DNA of 32,000 nucleotides from Crocosphaera sp. (GCA_030066295.1 JASJBX010000056.1:1-32000); one strand, 5' to 3'; positions 19,018 through 29,586 are shown, counted from the stretch's first letter. Translations and numbers: made by a program. Notes: generated by a model from the letters alone, not told the origin.

Positions 19018-19374
19018 ATGACAAATCAACATTCTAATACACAGGGTAATCGTTCTTTTATCTTAACTGGAATAGGTATTGCTCTCATTGTCGCCGTATT
19101 TGTTTCTCCCTTTGCCAGTTCTGATCCCGACGGTTTAGAACGAGTAGCGCAAGACTTGGAATTTGAAGATAAGGCCATAGAAGATGCGCCGGCTAATCAA
19201 CTGCCCTTCTACAGCGTTTTTGAAGAGTACGCTTTACGGGGGGTTCCTGAGAGTGTGGCTACCCCTCTAGCCGGTTTAGCGGGGACTGTGATCACGTTTG
19301 GTGTGGCCTGGGGTGCTGGTAAATTATTAATTCGTCCTTCTGCACAAGCTAACCATCAACAAGGGGAAGAGTGA
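19018..19374 (+). CDS. PDGLE domain-containing protein (CbiN/NikN-like accessory component)
   Basis: SDPDGLERVAQDLEFEDKA, two TM segments, position between cbiM and cbiQ. Confidence 0.88.
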   Translation: MTNQHSNTQGNRSFILTGIGIALIVAVFVSPFASSDPDGLERVAQDLEFEDKAIEDAPANQLPFYSVFEEYALRGVPESVATPLAGLAGTVITFGVAWGAGKLLIRPSAQANHQQGEE

Positions 19375-19455
19375 TAGGGGAAAATGTAGAATCAAGAATT
19401 TAGAATGGTACAGTATTTTCATTCTAAATTCTAAATTTTAAATTTTAAATTCTAA

Positions 19456-20232
19456 ATGTTGTTACATATTCATTCTTTCATCAACAAGCGAGAAAAACAA
19501 CCCGATACTTTTTGGTATTCTCTGAATGTTCAAGTCCGACTTTTATGTGCTTTTATTGGCGTTTTTGCTATTGCCCTAACTCCCAATGGACAATGGATAA
19601 CTTGGGTCATTTATGGGGTTGGAGTCTTATTTGTAATCTTGATGAGTCGAGTTTCTTGGCTTACTTTGTTATCGAGAGTTATCATTGAGTTTTCCTTTGT
19701 GGGAGTGGTTTTATTGGGGACATTATTTCGTCCTGAGGGGGATGTAATTTGGTCTTGGTGGATACTACAAATTACCAGCACTGGAGTAATGGTATTAGGC
19801 AGTGTAACCACTAAAGTAATATTGTCGTTATTGATGTTAAATACATTAATCCTTACCACAGAAATTCCTGATTTATTTAAAGCTTTATTAGGCTTAAAGA
19901 TGCCACCTTTATTAGTCGCTATTATGGCTTCTATGTATCGCTATATCGATGTATTAAATCGGGAATTTACTGCAATGAAACGGGCAGCCATTTCTCGTAA
20001 CTTAATGAGCAATAATAAAATGATTCGTCATGTTGTGGGAAATGCCATCGGTTCCTTATTTATTCGCAGTTATGAACGGGGAGAGTTGATTTATCAGGCA
20101 ATGTTATCGCGGGGATACCAAGGTATTCCCACAACTGGGGAAACAGTATCTTATAAAAGTAAAGATATTTTTGCCTTGGTTGTTACAGGTATAATCGTTA
20201 TTTTAGGTCAGATTATTTATTTAAAAGTTTGA
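19456..20232 (+). CDS. cbiQ: Cobalt/nickel ECF transporter T component CbiQ
   Basis: 258 aa; multi-TM, SMYRYIDVLNREFTAMKRAAISR, SYERGELIYQAMLSRGYQG (coupling-helix motifs). Confidence 0.9.
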   Translation: MLLHIHSFINKREKQPDTFWYSLNVQVRLLCAFIGVFAIALTPNGQWITWVIYGVGVLFVILMSRVSWLTLLSRVIIEFSFVGVVLLGTLFRPEGDVIWSWWILQITSTGVMVLGSVTTKVILSLLMLNTLILTTEIPDLFKALLGLKMPPLLVAIMASMYRYIDVLNREFTAMKRAAISRNLMSNNKMIRHVVGNAIGSLFIRSYERGELIYQAMLSRGYQGIPTTGETVSYKSKDIFALVVTGIIVILGQIIYLKV

Positions 20233-20993
20233 TGAGTCTAAAAAAAGTATGGCGTTTAATTCCTCCCATTGAAGCATCAGGAAAAGTGCAAATGGCCATT
20301 GATCGCTGGTTATTTGAACAACACGAAAATGGATTAATATTACCTAGTTTACGGTTTTATACTTGGTCAAAACCCACCATCTCTTTAGGTTATTTACAGA
20401 AAAAATATCCTCAACATTGGCACAGTTTAATCTGGAAACAGGAACCCTTAGATTTAGTGATTCGTCCCACAGGAGGCAGAGCAGTTTTACATCAAGATGA
20501 TTTAACTTATATGATAGTTATGTCCTTAGATAATCGTAAAACTTTGGCTATTTATCAAGATATTTGTACCTTTTTAATTCAAGGATGGAAAGCGTTAGGT
20601 ATTTCCTTACAATATGGCACAGCAAAACGGGGATATATCCATAATTCCAGTTGTTTTAATACAGCAACTATGGCAGATTTAATAACAGCAGATGGTAGTA
20701 AATTAATCGGTAGCGCACAACGTCGAGGAAAACAGTCAATTTTGCAACATGGTTCTATGGTTTTGTCAACAGATAAGCAGTTATTTGAAACGATTTTTAA
20801 TCAAGTTGCCCCTTGGAATTTAAACTTAAGGGAACAATTATCTAGTAATTATTCTAGAGGAGATATTATTGAAATTTTAACCCAAGCTGCCAAAAAACAT
20901 TTTAAGATAGAATTAATAACACAACCCTTATCAGAAGAAGAATGGCAAGAGATTTTCAAAGTTAATCAGGGAGAATTTAAAATTAATGTCTAA
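20232..20993 (+). CDS. Lipoate--protein ligase / octanoyltransferase (LplA/LipM-like) family protein
   Basis: [83 protein letters not shown] at 20232 overlaps the cbiQ TGA. Confidence 0.88.
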   Translation: MSLKKVWRLIPPIEASGKVQMAIDRWLFEQHENGLILPSLRFYTWSKPTISLGYLQKKYPQHWHSLIWKQEPLDLVIRPTGGRAVLHQDDLTYMIVMSLDNRKTLAIYQDICTFLIQGWKALGISLQYGTAKRGYIHNSSCFNTATMADLITADGSKLIGSAQRRGKQSILQHGSMVLSTDKQLFETIFNQVAPWNLNLREQLSSNYSRGDIIEILTQAAKKHFKIELITQPLSEEEWQEIFKVNQGEFKINV

Positions 20994-21474
20994 TCAATCT
21001 GAGATTAAATTATCTCATCTCAACGAACGAGGAGAAGTAAACATGGTTGATGTTTCTTCTAAAAAGGTGACCCGTCGTCAAGCGGTTGCTAGGGGACAAA
21101 TAAGAATGAAACTAACAACCTTGGAAGCGATAGAAAATGGAAATAACCCCAAAGGGGACGTTTTAGGAACTGCAAAATTAGCCGGTATTATGGCAGCAAA
21201 ACAAACAGCTAACTTAATCCCCTTATGTCATCCCTTACCCTTACATAAAATCGACGTAAATATAACAGGAGATCACAGCTTACCAGGGTATCAAATAGAA
21301 GCAACCGTTATCACCCAAGCAGAGACAGGGGTCGAAATGGAAGCGTTAACCGCCGTCTCCGTCGCTGCTTTAACCCTTTATGATATGGCCAAAGCCATCG
21401 AAAAATCCATGACAATTGAAAGTATACGTCTAATTAGTAAAACGGGTGGAAAATCAGGAGATTATGTGGCTTAA
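20986..21474 (+). CDS. moaC: Cyclic pyranopterin monophosphate synthase MoaC
   Basis: [65 protein letters not shown]. Confidence 0.97.
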   Translation: MSNQSEIKLSHLNERGEVNMVDVSSKKVTRRQAVARGQIRMKLTTLEAIENGNNPKGDVLGTAKLAGIMAAKQTANLIPLCHPLPLHKIDVNITGDHSLPGYQIEATVITQAETGVEMEALTAVSVAALTLYDMAKAIEKSMTIESIRLISKTGGKSGDYVA

Positions 21475-21478
21475 AATC

Positions 21479-21796
21479 TTAACTTTCCCTCATTAAAAGG
21501 GGATCTAATTGATGGTTTCCATCGAGGGAATATAAGTCATCACATCCCCCAATATGTTGATCATTGATAAAAATTTGAGGAACGGATCGTTTTCCAGAGG
21601 AACGTTGTGCCATTTTGTCCCTAGCTGTTTCGTCCCCATCAATTTTATACTCAGTAAAATTGATTCCTTTCCACCATAAAAGTAATTTAGCACGGATACA
21701 AAAGGGACAAGTTTGCCAAGTGTAGATTTCAACATTGGCTTTCATCTTGTCGGGATGACGACCCAGTAAAGAATTAATAAAATCAAACATAGTCAC
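21479..21796 (-). CDS. grxC: Glutaredoxin 3
   Basis: VEIYTWQTCPFCIRAKLLL (CPFC), KRSVPQIFINDQHIGGCDDLYSL. A shorter start at 21745 (MKANVEIY) is possible. Confidence 0.92.
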   Translation of the reverse strand: MTMFDFINSLLGRHPDKMKANVEIYTWQTCPFCIRAKLLLWWKGINFTEYKIDGDETARDKMAQRSSGKRSVPQIFINDQHIGGCDDLYSLDGNHQLDPLLMRES

Positions 21797-21913
21797 TTCT
21801 CATGTTTTTACTTTAACATTATAAAAGATCAGATAGATTGAGAGGTGTCAAAAAGGTCATAATAGAGGGTGATCAGAAATTCACCTCATTTGAAAATTGA
21901 GTGGAGATAGCTT

Positions 21914-22525
21914 GTGGATCATTGTGGGTTGTCATCGTTGATGAGTGATAGTTCGGAGTTAGAGATAAATACATCCTGTGAGGTTTCTGTTACTATTAGG
22001 GAGGCTCAATTACAGGATGCAAAAGCCTTAAGTGAGGTATTGACCCTTAGTTTTCACCCCGCTAAAGGGTGGTCTTCTTTTTTGCAACCCATTTTAAAAT
22101 TAGGGGTGTACGAAGATTTGCGATCGCGTCTCCGGGGAACCCTTCCTTATTATCGTTGTTTAGTGGCAGTAGAAGTCAATGCAACCCCTAAGCAAACTCA
22201 AGAAAAAGTAATTGGAACCATTGAACTCAGTGTTAAAAGTGGGTTCAATTGCCATTATCTTTATATTAGTAACTTAGCGGTCACGGAAAGTCATCGAAGA
22301 AAAGGAATTGCCAAGCAGTTACTCCAAAAATGTGAAGAAATTGCCGTAAAATGGGGATATCATACCCTGAATCTTCATGTTCTAGATAACAATTATCCTG
22401 CCAAAAAATTGTATTTAAGTAACGGTTATCAAATCTCAGAAACTGAAATCACCTGGACCAATTGGCTTTTTTTTCGTTCTCAACGATTGTTTTTACAAAA
22501 ACAGATCCAAACCCATGTCTCATGA
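21914..22525 (+). CDS. GNAT family N-acetyltransferase
   Basis: LYISNLAVTESHRRKGIAKQLLQKCEEIAVKWGYHTLNLHVLDNNYPAKKLYLSNGYQI (acetyl-CoA binding motif). Confidence 0.9.
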   Translation: MDHCGLSSLMSDSSELEINTSCEVSVTIREAQLQDAKALSEVLTLSFHPAKGWSSFLQPILKLGVYEDLRSRLRGTLPYYRCLVAVEVNATPKQTQEKVIGTIELSVKSGFNCHYLYISNLAVTESHRRKGIAKQLLQKCEEIAVKWGYHTLNLHVLDNNYPAKKLYLSNGYQISETEITWTNWLFFRSQRLFLQKQIQTHVS

Positions 22526-22997
22526 TGTTGTCAAACCGAAAATGAATTCTCAAAAACAAGAGCAAATCAAGGATATCCTCAACCATTTGCACAATAAAGA
22601 ACTATTGGTGATTAATCCCCGTCGTAAAAATGGGTTGATTCTCTATAAACCCTATCATGCTGAGTTTGCCGGGCCCGGGGCCGCGATCGGGGCAAATTTT
22701 GATCACGATGTTATTGATGTGCTACCGGTGGGTAAATTATCCTTAATGACCCCGAGAATCCCCCAAGAACGAATCAATAGTTATTTAATTCGGCGACAAT
22801 GGGTGAAATTAGCTAAACAGATTAGTGATAATACCATTGCTCAACAAAGGGCCCAAGTGATCCTCAACCAGTTTGAAAATTGGTTTGATCTCGAAACCGC
22901 GAGTCTTTTACCCGATGAAACCTTTGCTTTATTAGTGGGGGTACTACCTCAAACCATGAGAAAAGTCCGCACCCAAAGCGAACTCTTTTCACAATAA
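22515..22997 (+). CDS. Conserved hypothetical protein (cyanobacterial)
   Basis: 160 aa ORF, 11-nt overlap with upstream GNAT ORF; no recognised motif. Confidence 0.6.
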   Translation: MSHDVVKPKMNSQKQEQIKDILNHLHNKELLVINPRRKNGLILYKPYHAEFAGPGAAIGANFDHDVIDVLPVGKLSLMTPRIPQERINSYLIRRQWVKLAKQISDNTIAQQRAQVILNQFENWFDLETASLLPDETFALLVGVLPQTMRKVRTQSELFSQ

Positions 22998-23071
22998 CCT
23001 TTTAAGGAAACTTAAGATTCTCTGTTTAACTTCCTTTCTATCATGGGGTTAGGTGACAATAAGGATGACGT

Positions 23072-23728
23072 TTGATGGAACTTTTACCCTCAGAAATTCT
23101 GGCAACCAATAAATTTGAGCAATGTGTTCTCAGTCTTGCCCTGATTAATATTTGTAACCAAGAAAGTTATGTGGGGAAAGCCATGAAACAACGTTATAAT
23201 GCTTGGAAATCTGAAACGGATGAAGCCATTAATAATCCTTGGTTAGACTTACATCAGTTCACCATTTATGTGCCTCATCCCGAGCAAACCTACGAAGACA
23301 CGACCCTAGAAGAAGGGTTAACCCTAGGCTATAACATTGAGGTGGAACCCATAATTGATCAGGACAGCATTCCCTACAATATTCCCGAAGGCGGTCATTT
23401 CGTCGCTGTTTTGAAACAAAAGAAGATTAACGGAAAATTTGAGATTGCCGCCACTGGGATCTTCATTCAACCTTTAGCGGTGTTGAGTCTCGATATTGTC
23501 ACCGATCCCGATGAAGGGAAATATCAATCGATGGTGATCAAACATCCCATTATTCGAGATTATCCCCAAAATTTTCTTGAGCAAATTAATCAATATCTCA
23601 ATCGAGAGATTCATTTTAAACAACTCCCTAATGTGGTGGGGTACGTTGATCAAAGCCAAAACGCAGATTATCGTCAACCCTCTTGGCAAGAACTGTATTT
23701 AGAACATCAAGGGGTCAAGTTATTTTAA
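23072..23728 (+). CDS. Hypothetical protein
   Basis: 218 aa ORF with consistent codon usage between flanking genes; 3' end overlaps the convergent panC-cmk stop by 9 nt. ATG at 23072 or 23075. Confidence 0.6.
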   Translation: MMELLPSEILATNKFEQCVLSLALINICNQESYVGKAMKQRYNAWKSETDEAINNPWLDLHQFTIYVPHPEQTYEDTTLEEGLTLGYNIEVEPIIDQDSIPYNIPEGGHFVAVLKQKKINGKFEIAATGIFIQPLAVLSLDIVTDPDEGKYQSMVIKHPIIRDYPQNFLEQINQYLNREIHFKQLPNVVGYVDQSQNADYRQPSWQELYLEHQGVKLF

Positions 23729-25240
23729 TGACAACTGAATAATTTTGTTAACCACTTCTTCAATGGTTAAACCATCCGTATTCAATTCCATCGCATCCTC
23801 GGCCTTCCGTAAAGGGGCTAAGGTTCGATGACTATCTTGATAATCTCGTTGTTCGATGTCCTGTTCTAATTTTTGAATATCGATATTATCTTGTCCTTGC
23901 GACTGAAAATCAATCAATCGTCGTCTAGCCCGTTCCTGCACTGAGGCCGTCAAAAAGATTTTAACCTCTGCATCGGGAAAAACGTTGGTGCCAATGTCTC
24001 GCCCTTCGGCCACAAGTCCCCCTAATTTTCCTAATTCCTGTTGATAAGCGACCAATTTCTGACGAACCGCAGCATAGGCAGCAATAGGAGACACTAACGC
24101 CGTGACTTGGGGGGTGCGAATGGCTTGGGTGACATTTTCCCCATTAATAATGATTTGTGGCGGTTGCTCATCACGAGAGGGGATAAATTCGAGGGTGGCT
24201 TGAGAGACCAATTCCGCGATCGCCGTTTCATCCTCTATGGGGATGCCCGAATCTAACACTAACCAGGCCATACCTCGATACATGGCCCCGGTATCTAAAT
24301 AGGTTAAATTGAGGGCTTGGGCCACTTGACGGGTAACGGTGGATTTTCCGGCACCGGCTGGCCCATCGATAGCAATAATCGGTTTTCTCACTCGTAGCAC
24401 CATATTATCAATCAGTCGAGTGGACCCCACATAAGCAGCAATAGCCAGTAAACCTGTTTCTTCGATGGTATCTAAGGGTTGCAAGGTTTGGGGATGGACA
24501 CATTCAACATATTGGACGGTGATGGCGGAATGGGGGGTTAACTGTTCTTTAACGCGATTAACTAAGACTTGAGCTTGCCTTTCTCCAGCCATGAAAACTT
24601 GTTTGGCCGCTTGTAACCCTTGATATACAGCGATCGCTTCTTTTTTTTCACTTTCGGTTAAATAGCGGTTACGGGAACTACAAGCCAGTCCCGAGGCTTC
24701 TCGAACAATGGGACAGCCTTTAATGACCACCGGCAGGTTTAAATCCTCAAGCAGTTTACGAATAATAGCCAATTGTTGAGCATCTTTTTCCCCAAAATAA
24801 GCCACATCGGGGCTAACAATGTTCAATAATTTCGTGACGATAGTGGCCACCCCTTGAAAATGACCAGGACGAAATGGGCCACAAAGGGTGGTGAGCATCT
24901 GGGGTGGGGGAATAACCTGGGTGATTGCTTCAGACTGAGGGTGAATGCCCATTTCGGTCGGGGTTGGGGCAAAAATAGCCTTGACTCCCAGGGTTGCACA
25001 CAGTTGAGCGTCTGTTTCCAGTTGACGAGGATATTGGGCTAAATCTTCCTGTGGCCCAAATTGTAGGGGGTTCACAAAGATGCTGACCACCACCTCGTCC
25101 ACCTCAGCCATAGCACGACGAATGAGACTGATATGACCTTGATGCAAAGCTCCCATGGTGGGAACCAAGCCGATCATCTGCTTGTCCCTGGCCGAAGCTA
25201 AATAAGTGCGTAACCCGGCCACTGTGGTTAACAGACGCAT
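23720..25240 (-). CDS. panC/cmk: Bifunctional pantoate--beta-alanine ligase / (d)CMP kinase
   Basis: GLVPTMGALHQGHISLIRRA and VVSIFVNPLQFGPQEDLAQYPR (PanC) fused to IAIDGPAGAGKSTVTRQVAQALNLTYLDTGAMYRG (Cmk). Start reset to 25240 (MRLLTTVAG). Confidence 0.95.
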   Translation of the reverse strand: MRLLTTVAGLRTYLASARDKQMIGLVPTMGALHQGHISLIRRAMAEVDEVVVSIFVNPLQFGPQEDLAQYPRQLETDAQLCATLGVKAIFAPTPTEMGIHPQSEAITQVIPPPQMLTTLCGPFRPGHFQGVATIVTKLLNIVSPDVAYFGEKDAQQLAIIRKLLEDLNLPVVIKGCPIVREASGLACSSRNRYLTESEKKEAIAVYQGLQAAKQVFMAGERQAQVLVNRVKEQLTPHSAITVQYVECVHPQTLQPLDTIEETGLLAIAAYVGSTRLIDNMVLRVRKPIIAIDGPAGAGKSTVTRQVAQALNLTYLDTGAMYRGMAWLVLDSGIPIEDETAIAELVSQATLEFIPSRDEQPPQIIINGENVTQAIRTPQVTALVSPIAAYAAVRQKLVAYQQELGKLGGLVAEGRDIGTNVFPDAEVKIFLTASVQERARRRLIDFQSQGQDNIDIQKLEQDIEQRDYQDSHRTLAPLRKAEDAMELNTDGLTIEEVVNKIIQLSLK

Positions 25241-25244
25241 TGGC

Positions 25245-26255
25245 TTAACGTCCCAAAATTTCCAATTGTACTGGGGCCACACCACTGTTCAGGAGACCAA
25301 TCACACTGGCTGCTCCTCTGGATAAGTCTATCACTCGTCCATGGATGTAAGGACCGCGATCATTAATACGAACGATGACCGAACGACCATTATGAAGGTT
25401 CGTCACCCGTACTTGAGTGCCAAAGGGGAGGCTTTTGTGGGCTGCAGTTAAACCATTTTGGTTATAGCGTTCTCCATTAGCGGTTAAACGGCCATGGAAC
25501 CCTGGCCCATACCAGGAGGCCATCCCCTTACGACGACTGGTGACGGGGCGAACACTGGCTAACCCTGACTCGTTATCACGGGTTTGATTGGGGTTCACAA
25601 TAGCAGCTAAAGGAGGGGCTTCTCCCATTATGCGTCGTAAACGGTTGGTCGCTTGTAAAGCGTCAACGGCTTCATTACGAGTGGTGTCCGGTAGAATAAC
25701 CCCTGAATCGAGTTTGATTAATTCTTCAGAATTTAATTTAATACTGTGGGTTTTATCGGAATTTAAAGTAACGGTTAGGTTTTCTGCTTTAAAGGTATTG
25801 TCGTTATGAAGTTCGTTTAGGCGGTTGGCGAAGGCTTTGGCCCGTTTGAGGGCTTCGCTGTCAATTTTACTGGGATCAATGTCATCTCCTTGTTCTTTGA
25901 GGGCTGCTAAATCAGCTTTTGACCCTAAAAAGGTTAATACAGGAATCTGACGAATTCTTAACGTGACTGCCAGTTGATACTGCCATTGATGAAGATAGAG
26001 GCTTGCTATCTGCTTTGGGGCGGTTTCAGTGTTGGCATCTGTTTGGATTGGCCCTAAACTGACAACGGTTTGCATCTGAAAATCGGAACTTTTCTGGGGG
26101 ACAAGCGTCCCAATTCCTAGCATTTCTCCTATTTGTTCTACCTTATCCATCGTGCCAGATGCTTCTGAGTCTTGCAGGGAGACACCGATTAGGGCGGTGG
26201 TTCCTACAGTGGTTAATAAGGCAGTTGTTAGTCCGGTCCAAAATTTCTTATTCAT
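25245..26255 (-). CDS. rlpA: Septal ring lytic transglycosylase RlpA family protein
   Basis: C-terminal [75 protein letters not shown] (RlpA-like double-psi beta-barrel). Start likely MNKKFWTG. Confidence 0.93.
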   Translation of the reverse strand: MNKKFWTGLTTALLTTVGTTALIGVSLQDSEASGTMDKVEQIGEMLGIGTLVPQKSSDFQMQTVVSLGPIQTDANTETAPKQIASLYLHQWQYQLAVTLRIRQIPVLTFLGSKADLAALKEQGDDIDPSKIDSEALKRAKAFANRLNELHNDNTFKAENLTVTLNSDKTHSIKLNSEELIKLDSGVILPDTTRNEAVDALQATNRLRRIMGEAPPLAAIVNPNQTRDNESGLASVRPVTSRRKGMASWYGPGFHGRLTANGERYNQNGLTAAHKSLPFGTQVRVTNLHNGRSVIVRINDRGPYIHGRVIDLSRGAASVIGLLNSGVAPVQLEILGR

Positions 26256-26830
26256 AGATCTTGTGTTAAGTGAGTTGTTCAACCCCTCGAAATTCTGTTG
26301 ATTCAATGGATTTTCCAACCTTGACTCCTCACAGAACTGTGTTTTACATTTCTTAAACCTTTACACAGTAACATGATTTTTTCAGGGGGTGTTGTCTTCC
26401 TAATAATCATTCAGAATGGTTTTCATTGAATCTTCTAATCAAGGTTTACAGGAAAAAGCAGATCGACTACGATGGTAAATTTGCCTAAATTCAATCAGAA
26501 ACGATCCGTATAAATGTTGTGATCTAGCTAACACTTAAGCAAGGCTTAAACTCTCAACCTTCCATATTGTCAGACCTTGAACTTTGTAACATCCACAATG
26601 ACATGGGGGAAAAACTTACGTATTTGTACTGAGGAATGAGTGTTATATTTTAAACATTGTTACCCTGAAAAGTCTGATAATTTTAATCTTTTATGGCTAT
26701 CTAGATTAGTATTTCAAATAAGGGATTGACAAAAACTTTTATATTTGGTAAGCAGTAAACGTGCAGTTGAAATTCAACCCTGGATAAGATAAAGTTCGTC
26801 TATAACCAGAACCCCTTTTGGATTTACACC

Positions 26831-27037
26831 ATGTTAGCCATAGTCATCAGTTATTATTGGGTTGTCGCCTTGCTCGTTTTTTTTCTATGGTTTAGGCTAT
26901 TTTGGGCTGATGAAACAACAGCGAAAAGCGATCTGTCTTCTTGGATGGTGTTAATTATTGGTGCCAGTTTGTGGGTTGTGGTATTGCCTTTTGCTAATTT
27001 AGAGTTAGTGATCAAAGCTTATTCGATCCATAATTAA
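26831..27037 (+). CDS. Small hypothetical membrane protein (68 aa)
   Basis: Two predicted TM helices (VISYYWVVALLVFFLWFRLFW; SWMVLIIGASLWVVVLPFANL); ATG 14 nt upstream of the next coding block. Confidence 0.55.
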   Translation: MLAIVISYYWVVALLVFFLWFRLFWADETTAKSDLSSWMVLIIGASLWVVVLPFANLELVIKAYSIHN

Positions 27038-27051
27038 AAATTGATAGCGAC

Positions 27052-28146
27052 TTGGTTTGTAAGGATGTGTTAAACATAGATAAGTTAAAGCAAACCCCCC
27101 ATTCTGGTTATCATTGGGATAACAGTTCAAGGCGTTTTTTTGAAGGGTGGTATTATCGCGTTACATTACCCCAATGGGGTCAAAGTTTTGCCTTTATGTA
27201 TTCTATTGATGATCCCAGTGGTGGCCAATCTCATAGTGGAGGTGCAGCACAAATATTAGGGCAAAATAAGGATTATTTGTATCGTATTTTCCCTAATGTA
27301 AAAACATTTTGGGCAAGCGATCAAAAGTTGGCTTTATGTCATTGGCAACAAGAACATTTTAATCTCAAATCTCAAATTCTTGAGCCAATTATTTTTGAGG
27401 AAATAGTTAAGGAAGGCTATCAAGCAACGGATAGTTTAAATCAGGGATATATTCAAGATCCAGTGACTAAAAATTATTGTCGTTGGTGTTATGAAATCGA
27501 GTTTATTGATGGTTGGGGTAATCGTTTTTATCCTCAAGAAGCAACGGCAGGATGTTTATCTTTTTTACCTATTTTTGACCCAGGATGGCAAGTGTTAATG
27601 GCTCATGGATGGGCAACGGGTTATATTGATTGGAATGGGAAAAAGTATGAATTTAAGGATGTTCCTGCTTATAATGAAAAGAACTGGGGGCATTCTTTTC
27701 CCACTAAATGGTTTTGGATCAATTGTAATAGTTTTAAGCAAGAATCTGACCTATCTTTAACGGCTGCGGGTGGCATCAGACAAGTTTTAAGTTGGCAGGA
27801 ATCTGTTGGAATTATTGGCTTACATTATCAGGGTAAATTTTATAAATTTGATCGAGATAATAGTCAGTTATCTTGGCAAATTAAACCGTGGGGAAGTTGG
27901 ATAATGAAAGGAAAAAATGATAATTTTGTGATTAAAATTGAAGGAGAAACGGATGAACTTGGTACTTATGTTAGGGTTCCCACGGCTGAGGGTTTACGGT
28001 TTCTTTGTCGGGATACTGTACAAGGACATTTAACCCTAGAATTAAGGGATCATAATGATAAAATCATCGTCAAAGATAGCAGTTGTTTAGGGGGTTTAGA
28101 AATTGGGGGATCTCCTTGGGATAAGGATTGGATTTATGGGAAATAG
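27052..28146 (+). CDS. Tocopherol cyclase family protein (VTE1/slr1737-like)
   Basis: TPHSGYHWDNSSRRFFEGWYYRVTLP, SFAFMYSIDDPSGGQSHSGGAAQI, PAYNEKNWGHSFPTKWFWINCNSF. Start may be internal to the 364 aa ORF. Confidence 0.9.
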   Translation: MVCKDVLNIDKLKQTPHSGYHWDNSSRRFFEGWYYRVTLPQWGQSFAFMYSIDDPSGGQSHSGGAAQILGQNKDYLYRIFPNVKTFWASDQKLALCHWQQEHFNLKSQILEPIIFEEIVKEGYQATDSLNQGYIQDPVTKNYCRWCYEIEFIDGWGNRFYPQEATAGCLSFLPIFDPGWQVLMAHGWATGYIDWNGKKYEFKDVPAYNEKNWGHSFPTKWFWINCNSFKQESDLSLTAAGGIRQVLSWQESVGIIGLHYQGKFYKFDRDNSQLSWQIKPWGSWIMKGKNDNFVIKIEGETDELGTYVRVPTAEGLRFLCRDTVQGHLTLELRDHNDKIIVKDSSCLGGLEIGGSPWDKDWIYGK

Positions 28147-28215
28147 TATAAATTGTCTCAGAAATTTGCAAAAATATCTATCATAATTATGGTAGATTAA
28201 CAGTGTTTATTGTTT

Positions 28216-29418
28216 ATGAAAGTTGCTATTATCCGAGAAGAAAAAAATCCTCCAGATTCTAGAGTGCCTTTAACCCCAGAACAATGTCAATATTTAATGC
28301 AAACCGATCAAAATTTAGAGATAGTTATTCAAGCTAGTGAAAAGCGATGTTTTTCTGATTTAGAATATCAAAAAAGAGGTATTTCTGTCGTTAATAATAT
28401 TAGCAACTGTGACATTTTGCTAGGAGTTAAAGAAGTACCGATTGCTGCTTTAATTCCTGAGAAAACTTACTTGTTTTTTTCCCATACTCATAAAGAGCAA
28501 CCTTATAATCGAAAACTTTTACAGACAATTTTAAAGAAAAAAATACGTTTAATTGACTACGAATGTCTTTGTGATAACCAAGGAAAAAGAGTCATCGCTT
28601 TTGGTCATTGGGCGGGGGTTGTGGGGGCGCATAATGCTATATTAGCCTGGGGAAAACGTCAGCAAACTTTTGCGTTAAAACCTATGCACCAATGTTATGA
28701 TTTTGCTGAGGCAAAGACTTATTATGAAAATTTATCTTTGCCTAATTTTAAAATAGTAATTACTGGAGATGGAAGGGTTAGCAATGGTGCAGCGACGGTG
28801 TTAGATTTAATGAATATCAAACAAGTTGCACCTCAAGACTTTGTAACGCAACAATTTTCCTCTCCTGTTTATACAAAATTATCAGTACAAGATATGTATT
28901 ATAAAAAAGGAGAAGATATATTCAATGAGTCTGACTATTATAAACATCCAGAACAATATTCTTCTAGTTTTGAACCTTATACTAAGGTAAGTGATATCAT
29001 GATCAACGGCATTTATTGGGAGAAAGGCGTGCCTGTTTTCTTCACCAAAGAAGACATGAAAAAAGATGATTTTAAAATCAAAGTAATTGCCGATGTTACC
29101 TGTGATATTGCTCCAGATGCCTCTATTCCTTGCACCGTTAGACCTTCTACTATTGCCGAGCCAATTTACGGATATGAGCCTTATTTAGAAAGAGAAAGTC
29201 AGCCATTTCAACCTCAAACCATTGATATAATGGCAGTGGATAATTTACCGAATGAATTACCCCGTGATGCTTCAGAAGACTTCGGAAAACAGTTAATTGA
29301 TCGGGTGTGGGATGAGTTAAACAAAACAGATAGTCAAATGATTTATCATGGGACCATTGCCCTCAATGGACAATTAAACGAACCCTACGAATATCTCCAT
29401 GATTTTGTTGATTTTTAA
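28216..29418 (+). CDS. Saccharopine dehydrogenase (lysine-forming)-like / AlaDH-PNT N-terminal domain oxidoreductase
   Basis: MKVAIIREEKNPPDSRVPLTPEQCQYL, SHTHKEQPYNRKLLQ, DYECLCDNQGKRVIAFGHWAGVVGAHNA, GDGRVSNGA, ADVTCDIAPDASIPCTVRPSTIAEPIYGY. Confidence 0.78.
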   Translation: MKVAIIREEKNPPDSRVPLTPEQCQYLMQTDQNLEIVIQASEKRCFSDLEYQKRGISVVNNISNCDILLGVKEVPIAALIPEKTYLFFSHTHKEQPYNRKLLQTILKKKIRLIDYECLCDNQGKRVIAFGHWAGVVGAHNAILAWGKRQQTFALKPMHQCYDFAEAKTYYENLSLPNFKIVITGDGRVSNGAATVLDLMNIKQVAPQDFVTQQFSSPVYTKLSVQDMYYKKGEDIFNESDYYKHPEQYSSSFEPYTKVSDIMINGIYWEKGVPVFFTKEDMKKDDFKIKVIADVTCDIAPDASIPCTVRPSTIAEPIYGYEPYLERESQPFQPQTIDIMAVDNLPNELPRDASEDFGKQLIDRVWDELNKTDSQMIYHGTIALNGQLNEPYEYLHDFVDF

Positions 29419-29586
29419 CAAGAATTTGATATTTAATTAGGTGTATAAAATACAATTATAGTTAATTTCAATAAAAAGGAGAAAAAACCTACCTTCTTTA
29501 TTATTAAGATAGTGAGCAAGATGCTCAAATTCCTCTGTTTTGAAACGACTATAATTCATCTAATTTCGGAACCATACCACCATATC

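Noticed and set aside
26260-26830. c-di-AMP (ydaO-type) riboswitch upstream of rlpA, searched because such switches occur near cell-wall genes
   Set aside because: None of the conserved ydaO motifs could be recognised on the minus strand; no supported structure seen by eye.
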